The notes under the pieces: generated by a model
Database searches by the model: none
What the model was told of the DNA's origin: nothing
Seen by the model: the letters and a program-made list of their open reading frames with translations, nothing else
Assembly: GCA_964016885.1 (NCBI GenBank)
Contig: OZ024757.1
Coordinates: forward strand, 34,348,001 to 34,412,000
Length of the DNA: 64,000 nucleotides
Reading direction: 5' to 3'
Source: Eledone cirrhosa
Taxonomy: Eukaryota
Translations under genes and position numbers: made by a program
In this document: one piece after another, positions 14,801-23,892 of the stretch
How the letters are laid out: each line of letters opens with the position of its first letter
Position numbering within the stretch: position 1 is the stretch's first letter

Positions 14801-17800
14801 GGTAATTATCCCACCACTGGAAGGATATGAAAATTAAAGACAGTGGCAAGGCTAGATTCAAATAACACCACTGACGATCTTTTACAGGGCGTACAACAAG
14901 CCAATAGATTATGATACTCGATTGTCCAAAAATGGACAACCAGTCGAATACCCGAGTTATGAGCTTCTGTTGTTTCTGTTCAGCAACTTTTAGAGCACTT
15001 GGTAAAATACCAATCCCTTCTGAAATTAATAATGCTTGAGTCACTTCTAATTGTGGTATGACCAGGTATGTCAACATAAACAAGCCGATCGAATGGTAAC
15101 TTTCTACAGCCATCACCTAAAGCAAATGAAATATGTGTAATATGGCTATTTCAAAGAAGCTCTTAGTTTGAAATATATAAACAGGAAATGTTAGTTTCAG
15201 AACAATACCAGAGTCTCTGACTATGACATCTGGGTAGGAGATCTTGTTGCATCTTTGGCTTTTAACAGATGTCAATATTACAAATATTAGTGCAACAATC
15301 TGTCTACTACTAAAGATACTATTATCATTTGAATTAACAAACTATTTTTTAGATATTTTTTCTGCCATATCTTTTTAGGATGTTAAGAGTTAAAACGAAA
15401 AATATATTACAAAGTGAGAAATGAAGAAATCTCTAGTGCACCAAATGCCATCCCCCAAGACATTGTTGGTATTTAAAAATATATTATGTTTTGTCTTTTC
15501 AGACTTGCATGAAGGGAATTTGATGAAGTTAACATGGTTGATGTTGAAGTTCAATTGTTAAAGAGAAACAAATAGCAATGAGGGTAAGATATTTAATGTA
15601 GATGATATTAGAGGTGAACTTGAAGAATGATTGGACAAAAATGTTTCTTCTTCTTCCTGGAAGGTTCTTCAAGGGTAGAGTCCTTAAGCATGCCTTCCAG
15701 TGGGCCCAATCAGAAACAACTGTTTCCAATTCACCCAGCCAGATCCCCAAGCGAGACCAACCAAGCACATGGATGTTATCCAAACATCTTGCTCGTGGTT
15801 TACCCCTGGGTCTCCTGCTAGCTGAATCTGTCCAGCAATCCTTTCCTTAGACATTCTAACCACATGCCCATAGTATCGAAACAGAACATATGAGCAAGAT
15901 ATGGTCACCTGAGCTGTCTAGCTTCATAACACGACAACCCGTTTAACCCATGCAAACATGGAAAATAGAGATTAATTCTTTACCATTTAGACCTGCTGTA
16001 TCCGACCAGAATTCTCTCACCTCTTTCTGTTTAAACCGGCCATAACCGGCTGCTCGTACTTATGTTAAGGTATTGTTCTCAAAATAAATAATATCAACAT
16101 CTCATAGATTCGATATTATGTGAGATAAAGTGTTTACTGTAAGAATACAATAGTATATATAGAGTAATGTAAATGCTAAAGGGTTAAACAAATATGATGA
16201 TGATAATAAAGTAGAAACCTAGGTTAGCTGAGTAACAGACTATTACTCAATGCTTACTATTGGTATATACTGTAAATAACAGCAGTATGTAGGTTTAGGA
16301 TTAGCTGAGCTGTAGTACAAGCTGGGCTCAAATATTTTACCCCACTACACATTGAAATTCTTGCATTAGTCTGGACTAAGGTCCAGCTTCTCTATCTAGG
16401 AAGATCTAAAGTCTGTCTTAAGCCAGAAGGCTCGTTAGGCTGGTGCTTATCCCGGTTGCATGGAAGAAATGATGTAAAATAAATGGAAATATAATAAATG
16501 TTACTCACCCAAAAGAATGTTGTTGTTTTTATTGGTTGAGTGTTTTTGAAAATAAAACGCTGAATGAGATGCAATGAAGCTTGAATGTATGGCATCGATA
16601 TACACAAAAACAAGGCCCAAATATAAGTGACTTCAGTGTATGATTCTGAACTGTTGTTGTTAGTGGTGTTTGTACTGTTAACCAATAGAATGTTTTTGCA
16701 GTTTTGGTTGCTGAGGTGAGGCACCATGTTTAAGTGGGTAATGATTTGAACAAGAGTCAATTTATTCAGAAAACCGAAAAATAGCACCACAAGGCAGAGA
16801 AGACATGTAAAAAGCAATTTAAATACGATTTTAAGATATTCTACACTTGAACTAGGAGTGGTGTCTCTTTCTGGATTCTCTGATTTGAAAACATCCCATA
16901 CGACTGGAGAAATTCTGAAATGAGAAATTACAGGGTTAGAAAACAATCAAACACACAGAATAAATATAAGAGAAGAAAAAGATATGAAATTAATAAAGAG
17001 TAACATATGGCTAAGGATAAAGATCCCATAACTCCTTGTGGAGTCATAGAGGCACTGTCGAACGGCGTGTCTGGGGCACTTTTTAAACCTGGTGGAGCCC
17101 GCCTCCTCTAGGTCTGAACACAGCTGATTTTTTCTATAGAGGAAGAGGAAGAATTGACTTCAGTACTGGACTGGTACTTTTTTATTGACCTCGAAAGGAT
17201 TAAAAGCAAAGTTGACCCCAGTGGGATTTGAACTCAGAGCGTGCAATGTGGTGGGACGAATACCATAAAGCATTCTATCTGACGTCTTAACGACTCTGTT
17301 AATTTGCTGCCAACATATGGGAAAGGTGGCAAATTGGCAGTCATTAGAATGCTGGATCTATTGCTTTGCATTATTCATTCTGGTTTTCTGCATTCTGGGT
17401 TCAAATCTCACCGAGGTGAGCCTTGCCTTTCATCCTTTTGAGATTGATAAATTATTGTTCTATATCTTTTTCTCACTTCCCCTCGCTCTCTCTTGGTTGT
17501 GTTCAAAAAGATGAAAGGCAAAGTTGACCTCGGTGGGATTTGAACTCAGAGAGCAGAAAGCCAGAACGAATACACTAAATTAGTCTGCCTGATGTTCTAA
17601 TGACTCTGCCAATTTGCTTTATATAATGAAGAAACACATCAATAATAGCAGTTAATATAATGAATAAACAATGAACACAACCAAGCGAATACCTTCCATC
17701 AGGCATCTACCATACTCTGAACACCTTGCTTCCTTGGGCATGGATACAACAACAACAATAGCAGCACTCTGTACAATAAAGACACACACAACAAGAACAA

Positions 17801-18070
17801 CAGCACTCTGTACAATAAAGACACACACCATAGCAACAAGAACAACAGTCTATACAATGAAGAAACACACAATAGCAAGTCTATACAATGAAAAAATAAA
17901 AAAGATTGTTTTTTTCCTCACGATTGATTGGTTGATGTGGAAAACACTGATTGATTATTGTCTAACAAAGAATCACTTGATACATTTAACTGTCTGCCAT
18001 TAATATCATCAGGACATCTTTCATCATTTAACCTCACTGGTGTGAGTTCAACTGTGCCATACAATGTCAT
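2191..18070 (-). CDS. CHS: Chitin synthase (GT2), 14 coding exons, ~1543 aa
   Basis: Phase-consistent GT-AG exon chain totalling 4632 nt. Motifs: ERLASTEKLFV, CVTLWHE, DPDYY, DDAF, TPYGGRL, KKRWSQVMYMY, LDGD, GAACGRIHP, QKFEYAISHWLQK, CSPGCFS, DQGEDRW, QRRRW, SWGTRE, FWKDFIRKYL, LRN, AMLFHR. The start codon and first exon are less certain than the rest. Confidence 0.95.
3517..3810 (-). mobile_element. Non-autonomous Helitron (3' end clear, 5' end degraded)
   Basis: The minus strand reads hairpin CCCGAGCAACGCCGGG, a short spacer, then CTAG followed by T, which is the canonical Helitron 3' terminus. Confidence 0.7.
4277..4470 (-). CDS. CHS: Chitin synthase exon 13 (coiled-coil-like ELFGRIQELDSKI)
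   Basis: tgtag acceptor, GTATGT donor; phases 2 and 1 match both neighbouring exons. Confidence 0.85.
4705..4803. mobile_element. Tc1/mariner-type MITE (CAGGGTGTCCC TIR, TA target)
   Basis: TIR cagggtgtcccc.../...ggggacaccctg flanked by TA. Other copies at ~19282-19382, ~25257-25368, 41582-41657 and 47453-47564. Confidence 0.8.
5326..5726 (-). CDS. CHS: Chitin synthase exon 12 (TM helices, HPQEF, SWGTRE)
   Basis: tttcag acceptor, GTATTT donor. Confidence 0.95.
5810..6112 (-). mobile_element. RTE-clade LINE 3' fragment
   Basis: Translation MRWYSHVER...GSRGPGRPKRTCLD matches the RTE ORF C-terminal RWxGHVxR...GRP motif and is followed by a (GAT)n tail. Confidence 0.75.
6168..6345. mobile_element. 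pogo/Tigger-type MITE
   Basis: TA-CCGTATATGCCGGCATAC ... GTATGCCGTCATATACAG-TA terminal inverted repeats. Confidence 0.7.
7490..7887 (-). CDS. CHS: Chitin synthase exon 11 (GEDRW, QRRRW catalytic signature)
   Basis: tgtag acceptor, GTAAGG donor. Confidence 0.97.
8524..8724 (-). CDS. CHS: Chitin synthase exon 10 (WYQKFEYAISHWLQK...CSPGCFS...DQ)
   Basis: ttttag acceptor, GTAACC donor. Confidence 0.95.
9062..9272 (-). CDS. CHS: Chitin synthase exon 9 (VMYMY...LDGD...GAACGRIHP)
   Basis: acag acceptor, GTGAGA donor; DxD motif. Confidence 0.95.
10305..10458 (-). CDS. CHS: Chitin synthase exon 8 (TPYGGRLEWILPG...KKRWSQ)
   Basis: ttcag acceptor, GTGAGT donor. Confidence 0.95.
11030..11120 (-). 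CDS. CHS: Chitin synthase exon 7 (AHLVIDDAFDKDGRINYFVKQL)
   Basis: tgcag acceptor, GTATGT donor; DDAF motif. Confidence 0.93.
11779..11858 (-). CDS. CHS: Chitin synthase exon 6 (LDIDQCARHHAWQYFDLVDPDYYTFE)
   Basis: atag acceptor, GTAAAT donor; DQCAR...DPDYY motif. Confidence 0.93.
11915..12340. repeat. Degenerate ~28-30-bp tandem repeat
   Basis: ggatctggtgtggagatgtgatgtgtat-like units. Confidence 0.8.
12824..12969 (-). CDS. CHS: Chitin synthase exon 5 (RIFVCVTLWHESEIEMMKILKSIFR)
   Basis: aacag acceptor, GTAATA donor; CATMWHE-like motif. Confidence 0.93.
13001..13895 (+). mobile_element. Four tandem tRNA-derived SINEs plus one inverted copy
   Basis: A-box TGGCAGTATCGGT, B-box GAGTTCAAATCC, central GCCTTTCATCCTTACGGGGTCGATAAAATAAAGTACCAG, tail GGCCTTGTGCC...GAAAC(ATT)n. 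The same family occurs near 6445, 11462, 12580, 19060, 21910, 23350-23890, 27900, 48600 and 48960. Confidence 0.85.
13920..14019 (-). CDS. CHS: Chitin synthase exon 4 (LFVKPMYCAITLEQFLFLNKRR)
   Basis: tgtag acceptor, GTAAGA donor; phase 2 to 0. Confidence 0.93.
14209..15116 (-). CDS. CHS: Chitin synthase exon 3 (multi-TM A domain, WWDNY, ERLASTEK)
   Basis: ttag acceptor, GTAAGT donor; 303-aa ORF. Confidence 0.93.
15640..15890 (-). mobile_element. RTE-like LINE 3' fragment (second copy at ~39090-39205)
   Basis: RYYGHVVR...ERIAGQI, then frameshifted GRRPRGxPxARW; (GAA)n tail. Confidence 0.65.
16509..16914 (-). CDS. CHS: Chitin synthase exon 2 (VVWDVF..., N-terminal TM segments)
   Basis: tttcag acceptor, GTGAGT donor. 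Contains the WDVF motif typical of metazoan CHS N-termini and hydrophobic helices. Confidence 0.88.
17678..17748 (+). mobile_element. CR1/L2-type LINE fragment
   Basis: TKRIPSIRHLPYSEHLASLGMDT resembles the CR1 ORF2 C-terminal TKxIPxLxxLxYxERLxxLxL motif. Confidence 0.55.
17922..18070 (-). CDS. CHS: Chitin synthase putative coding exon 1 (MTLYGTVEL...STNQS)
   Basis: Acceptor tttgttgtag ends at 18084, ATG at 18070, donor GTGAGG at 17921. Phase 2 matches the next exon. No conserved motif, so support is splice phase only. Confidence 0.6.
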
Positions 18071-18322
18071 TTTACAGCCATTCCTACAACAAACAATCAT
18101 TTTGTTAGAACACATTTTTTTCCTTCTCAACTTCAGACAGTTTTTAACCTCAATTCAAGTCTACTTGAGGCACAAGGTCAGCAAATTTGGTGAAAGGGCA
18201 AGGCTAAGTCAATTATATTGACCACAGTACTTGACTGGTACTTTATTTTCTCCTGGAAGGACGAAAGGTAAATTTGACCTCAACAGGATTGGAACTCAGA
18301 ATGTAAAGAACCACAATAATTG

Positions 18323-18377
<55 letters not shown>

Positions 18378-18436
18378 TATCTACTAATACTGGAATTGAA
18401 TAATCAAGACCATAGCGGTATGTCATATATTAAATC

Positions 18437-18508
18437 ATATATTTTGTCTGATGAGGACGTACTGAAAAAACAACACAGTACCTCTGAAATGTATATAATA
18501 AAGTATAT
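18437..18508 (+). ncRNA. Type-I hammerhead ribozyme-like motif
   Basis: Stem I (18437-47 with 18498-508, 11 bp incl. 2 G-U), CUGAUGA, 10-bp stem II (1 mismatch), GAAA, minimal stem III, AUA triplet. Confidence 0.6.
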
Positions 18509-21500
18509 ATTTTGATTATGAGAATATTTTTCATTTGTTAATATTTTGAATAATATTATATATAAAGCACCCAGTCAACACTATAATGTGGTTGGCATTA
18601 GAAAGGGCAGCCAATCATAGAAACTAAACCAAAATACAGATCCATATGAGCAAGATGTGGTCACCTGACTTGTTTCATGTGACAACCCATCTAACTCATG
18701 TAAGCATGGAAAAATGTAAAGTGGTTAGTGATAGGAAGGGCTTCTAGCCATAGAAAGCTTGCCAAAGTAAGGGTTGGGAGGTCCCTTCAGTCATGTCAAG
18801 GACGTGGCAGCTTCCCTAGTTACATGTTCGTTACTCGAGACACCATTCGTCACCCAAGACGTTTTATGTTCGGAAAAGTTGTTCGTAAACCGAGACTCAA
18901 CTAAATTTTCAATACCTTTAAATAAAAGTACGATTAGTTAACTGATTTTTGGTTTAAAGGAGAAGGTGACTTTAATAATTGTCAATTGAGAAATGACGGA
19001 AGAATTTATTTAGAATATACCAAGTGATAACATCATTGCATTGAAAAAGAAATAATTGCTTCTACTTTTGGCACAAGGCCAGCAAATACCCAGTACATTA
19101 CTGGTACTTTATTTTATCGACCCCGTAAGGATGAAAGGCAAAGTTAACCTCAGCGGGATTTGAACTCAGATTATATGTGTTTTTATCAGTATGCCTTGGA
19201 TGTAAAGAAATAAGCAATATGGTAAACTTTGAATGAGTTTTAGCTACGAAAAATTGCGTGTGTTTTCAATACATATATATACAGGATGTCCCCCCAGAAT
19301 GTATACACACTTCAACAACATTCTAATAAATATTGCCTGTACATGTAATCAACAAGTGTATACATATTTTGGGGACAGCCTGTATTTTAAAGAGGATCAA
19401 CTGACAAACTAAATTTTTAACGACAGATTAGGACAACTGAAGAGATTTTGAGACATTTAGAAAATGTTCATTGTAGAAACTTACAGACTGTTTTGCGGCA
19501 TAAGAAATTGTTATTATTGAAAACAAGTGTATACCTACCTGTAGTGTTACAAGCTTAAGTGTTGTCAATAATTGACACAAGATGTCAAATGTTAATTAAA
19601 AAAAAAAATGCAACTAATATTCTAATTATTTAACCTCTGACCAATCAAATGTACGTAGTAAGAACAGTGTTACAAACTTCCTTAATTATCTGGACACTTT
19701 TAAATGTAGAATAACATTACTACGTTCTAATATAATGTTAAAGAAAGTTGCTATTTTAGAAAAGGACAAACAAATAATTTGAGAAATGAAATATATATTT
19801 TATATATTTAAATATTACGATAAAATAACACTAAATCTTGTTAGGTTTTCAAATTACTATGTCTATGGAGTACAGTCGAAACTGAAGAGATTTATCAAGC
19901 TAGAGCCCCTTTAATAATAACTGAGGCAAGCCAACACACTAGCAACATTGTCGAAGACACGCCATATATCGTCCCAACGACTATCAGGAATTACAGGTAC
20001 GTACATATATATATTTATTTTATCATCAATATAGGGACCAGATTCCTCTCAAAGATCTTATCCCGACATCCGAATATCACAATAACAATGAACATTATTG
20101 TGTACAGTGTTTCAGTCACTTATCAATAGATTTTATTTCACAGAAGTGTGTCAACACAATTTATATAATGAATAAGACTATGTTTATATATATGTAATAC
20201 AGACAGAGAGAGAGAGAGAGAGCGCCACCCGCTTCGGTCATGAATGTGAACCTAGAAAGTTCTTCTCCGAGGCCTTAACCCGAGGCTTGGCACCAGTGAT
20301 GTCGCAGCTCATTTCTAGTTGAGGAAACTGGAGCAACGTGAAATAAAGTGCCTTGCTCAAAAACACAACGCATCGCCCTTATATATATAAAATATTAAAA
20401 ATAAAAATAAAAAAGTGGCGCGGGAGATGATAGGGAAGAACAAATAGGAGGGGAGGAGACTACACACTCAATCACACCACAACAAAGGGTGCTGGGACCT
20501 CCTAATAATGTTGAGGCAAACTAATACATTCGCTGCATTGCTGCAGGTAATAGCGAGGCTAAGGTGGTGGAATAACCAAACACTCTCACTAGGAGCATCA
20601 CTTTATACTTCAGTAAGATAGGGAGGCTAAATCGCTGGAATAACCAAGCACCTGTGTCAGGAACACCATAAGCCGATCCGCCAAACGAAGACAGGAATTT
20701 CGTCGTCACCAACCGAGTTCTAGGAGGAATAATGTTTAATTTAGGCACAAAGGCAACAGTTGGAGAGGGTGGGTGGGCAAAAGTCGATTATAATAATCCT
20801 CCAGTACTCGACTGGTATTTTATCTTATCGACTTCCAGAAGGAAGGCGCTGAAGTCGACCTAGGAAGGATTCGATATCGGAGTGTAAAGAAATGTAACGA
20901 AATGCTGCAAAAGAATCCTATCAGAACGATTTCTTTTATTACAAGTTTACAAAGGTTGTAGGAAGACAGTACAATAATAATGATTTCTTTTTATTGGCCT
21001 CAAGACACTGGTGACAGGACAAAACAACACAGACGGGTTTACATAGAGTAAAGAAAAGGAGACATCACTGAAGAGAAAACAGTAGGTATAACTATAATAG
21101 AAGTTTAAAAAAGATATTCATGTTGATAATAGAACACCATAACGAATGACAACTAGGATCAGTTCCCCAAAAGAGGATGGGGTAATGTATTTTAGGGTAA
21201 TTCCAGAGAGAACCCCATATAAAACTCTGGATTACTGTGTCACAACACGGGCATTGAAAGCACTCTCTCCCGGTTTCTTTGCTTCTGTTTAGAAAAGCAT
21301 AGAGTAGTTCAATAACAACAATATTTTACATAAATATAATTCAATGGAAAGAAGGACGAAAGTTGACCGAATAGATGGATAGTATATTTCTGGTCCTAAA
21401 TTTATCAATCTTCTAGGGGTTAGGATTGCAAGCTTTAGTCTTACGGGAGAGAACCGTACAAACGTAATGGGGCGTAACTCATCACGGCTCGTGACACTAC

Positions 21501-22609
21501 AGATTCTATTTTCCACCACCATACTATATCAGTTTTTGACATTGTCATAGCGACAGAAATTTTGATCAAAGTCATAATCGATTAAACTAGTCCCAGTACT
21601 TGACTAATATTTTATTTTATCGGCACAATAAAAATGAAAGGCAAAACTGGATTTCTCCGGAATTTGAACATAAAGGGGCATAACTATTCCCCCAAGGCAT
21701 TTTCTCCGATACTTTTTAAGTGTCTGTCAACCCATTATCTGTGACATATCAATAATAATTTCTAATTTAGATACAAGGCCACCAATTTATGGGGAGAGCA
21801 AAGAAGTTTATACCCACCCTAGTACTGAAAAAGGGTAACATTTATTATACAGAACATATAAATAAATTTACAGTAGAATAACATATAAGAGGCACATTAT
21901 TTTATCGACCCCTTGCCATTCTGAGTTCAAATCCCGCCGAGGTTGACTTTGCCTTTCATCCTTACGGGGTCGATAAAATAAAGTACCAGTAATACACTGA
22001 GTAATTGCTGGCCTTGTGCCTAAAGTAGAAACAATTATTTTATCGACCCCTGGATAATAATAATGAATATGATGATTTCTTTTATTAGTCACAAGACGTT
22101 GGGGTTTACATCGAGTAAAAGGTTCGAAATCAACAAAAAACGATAAATGTAACAATACATTTCCAAGGAACATACCCTAATAAGGGATGAGAGCGGAGGG
22201 AGTGGGGGAGGGAACCACCTTTCTAACAGAGACAAGGGTGTGATTTTTTGGGGTGAAAACATTCGATTATATCTTCAATTGCACTTTTATTTTGTCGACT
22301 CTGGTAGTATAAAAAGAAAGCTGACCCCAACTGTTTTCTAAAACAGGTATAAATGCAATATCTTTTACTGTTTATATGTGGAGTTTTTGTTTGAAAGGAG
22401 TGGGATTTTGTCCGGTAGGAGTAGGGTTTTCGATCGTATCCCATATGTTATTTTAAATAAGTTTGTTTCTCAAATCATAAATAATAAAATTAAAAACAAA
22501 ACATAACAATTCTCATACAAAAAAAAAAGAAAACAGAAAAGATATAAAGTTTCAAAAATTATTTATAAAATGTATTTCAAATTTTACTTTATAATATAAT
22601 TGCACAAAG

Positions 22610-22848
22610 TTTCGTTTCGCCAATTTTTGGCGTGCTTTCTTTTCACTCTCTTCCGTGTTTCGTTTGTGAAGTAAATTCTGAAATTTGATGTAACCATAAT
22701 GGCATCACTTCCGTTTCCATCAGGCAGTTTAAAGCTTCTATTATTATCACGGATCGTTCCTTTTGTTTAGATTCCTTGGAAATATTTCTATTGTTGTGTA
22801 ATATGTCTAAAAGTGCCGTTAGACAACTGGATGAACTCCCAGGTAAAC
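22610..22848 (+). promoter_or_regulatory. Putative MCRS1 housekeeping promoter and non-coding first exon
   Basis: Repeat-free patch with locally more CpG. E2F-like TTTCGCC and TTTGGCG, ETS-like CTTCCG (~22650, ~22708), YY1-like ATAATGGC, and donor CAG|GTAAAC at 22842/22843. Inference; no transcript data. Confidence 0.5.
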
Positions 22849-23349
22849 TACGAGTCTATGTTGTTACTAAATAATGTGGTTGAAAAAAAGCAAAACAAAA
22901 CAATGTATTTTACACACAGGCCCCACTTTCGACGTGTGTGCGCGCGCGTATCTATATATGTGTGTGTGGTTAGCGTGTATATGTGTATGCCTGTTTTTGT
23001 TAGCGTATGTACGTTTGTATTGTTTTGTTAGCGTGTTTCATGCATGTTTTGTATATTTGAGCGTGTATTATAAATATGCTTCTAGCATACATACATGCAT
23101 ATGTCTTTATATACACATTTATATACATATTGCATATATATATGTGTGTATATATTTGGTGGTGTACATGCAAGTAATGATATTTGCATTAATATCTTAA
23201 TTAATGTCTTTTAATTTTTTACCGGAATTCTATTATTTCATGCTTTTAAACAGTATTCATATTTGTTATTTATAAACCATTGTGAGGTTACTACAACCAA
23301 ACCTTCCGAAAGCGTGAGAAACAAAACAATCGTTGGCCCTTTACGAACT

Positions 23350-23892
23350 GTTTTCAAATCCCGCCGAAGTTAGCTTTGCCTTTCATCTTTACGGGGTTGA
23401 TAAAATAAAGTACCAGTAACGCACTGGTGTCCATTTAATCGACTTTCCTTCCCTTAGGCCTTGTGCCTAAACTAGAAACCATTATTATTGTTGAACGGGT
23501 AGAGCGTCAGGCAAAATGTTTAGCGGTAATAGTTTCCACCCTCTTAACGTTCTGAATTGAAATCCCGCCCAGATTAGCTTAACCGTTCATCCTTACGGGG
23601 TCGAGAAAATAAAGTACCAGTAATGCACTGGAGTTGATTTCAGCGACTTCTCCCTCCCTCCCTTCCAAAATTGTTTGCTATGTGCCTAAACCAGAAGCCA
23701 GGACAACTGCTTAGCAGTGTTTGTTCTGTTAATCTTTACGTTCTGAGTTCAAATCCCGCCGAGGTTAGCTTTGCTTTTCATCCTTACGGGGTCGATAAAA
23801 TAAAGTACCAGTCACGCACTGGGGTCGATTTAATTGACCCTCCTCCCGAATCGCTGGCCTTGTGCCTATATAAGAAACCATTATTATTATTA
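23350..23892 (+). mobile_element. Three tandem tRNA-derived SINE copies
   Basis: The same B-box and central domain as the 13-kb cluster, repeated three times. Confidence 0.8.
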
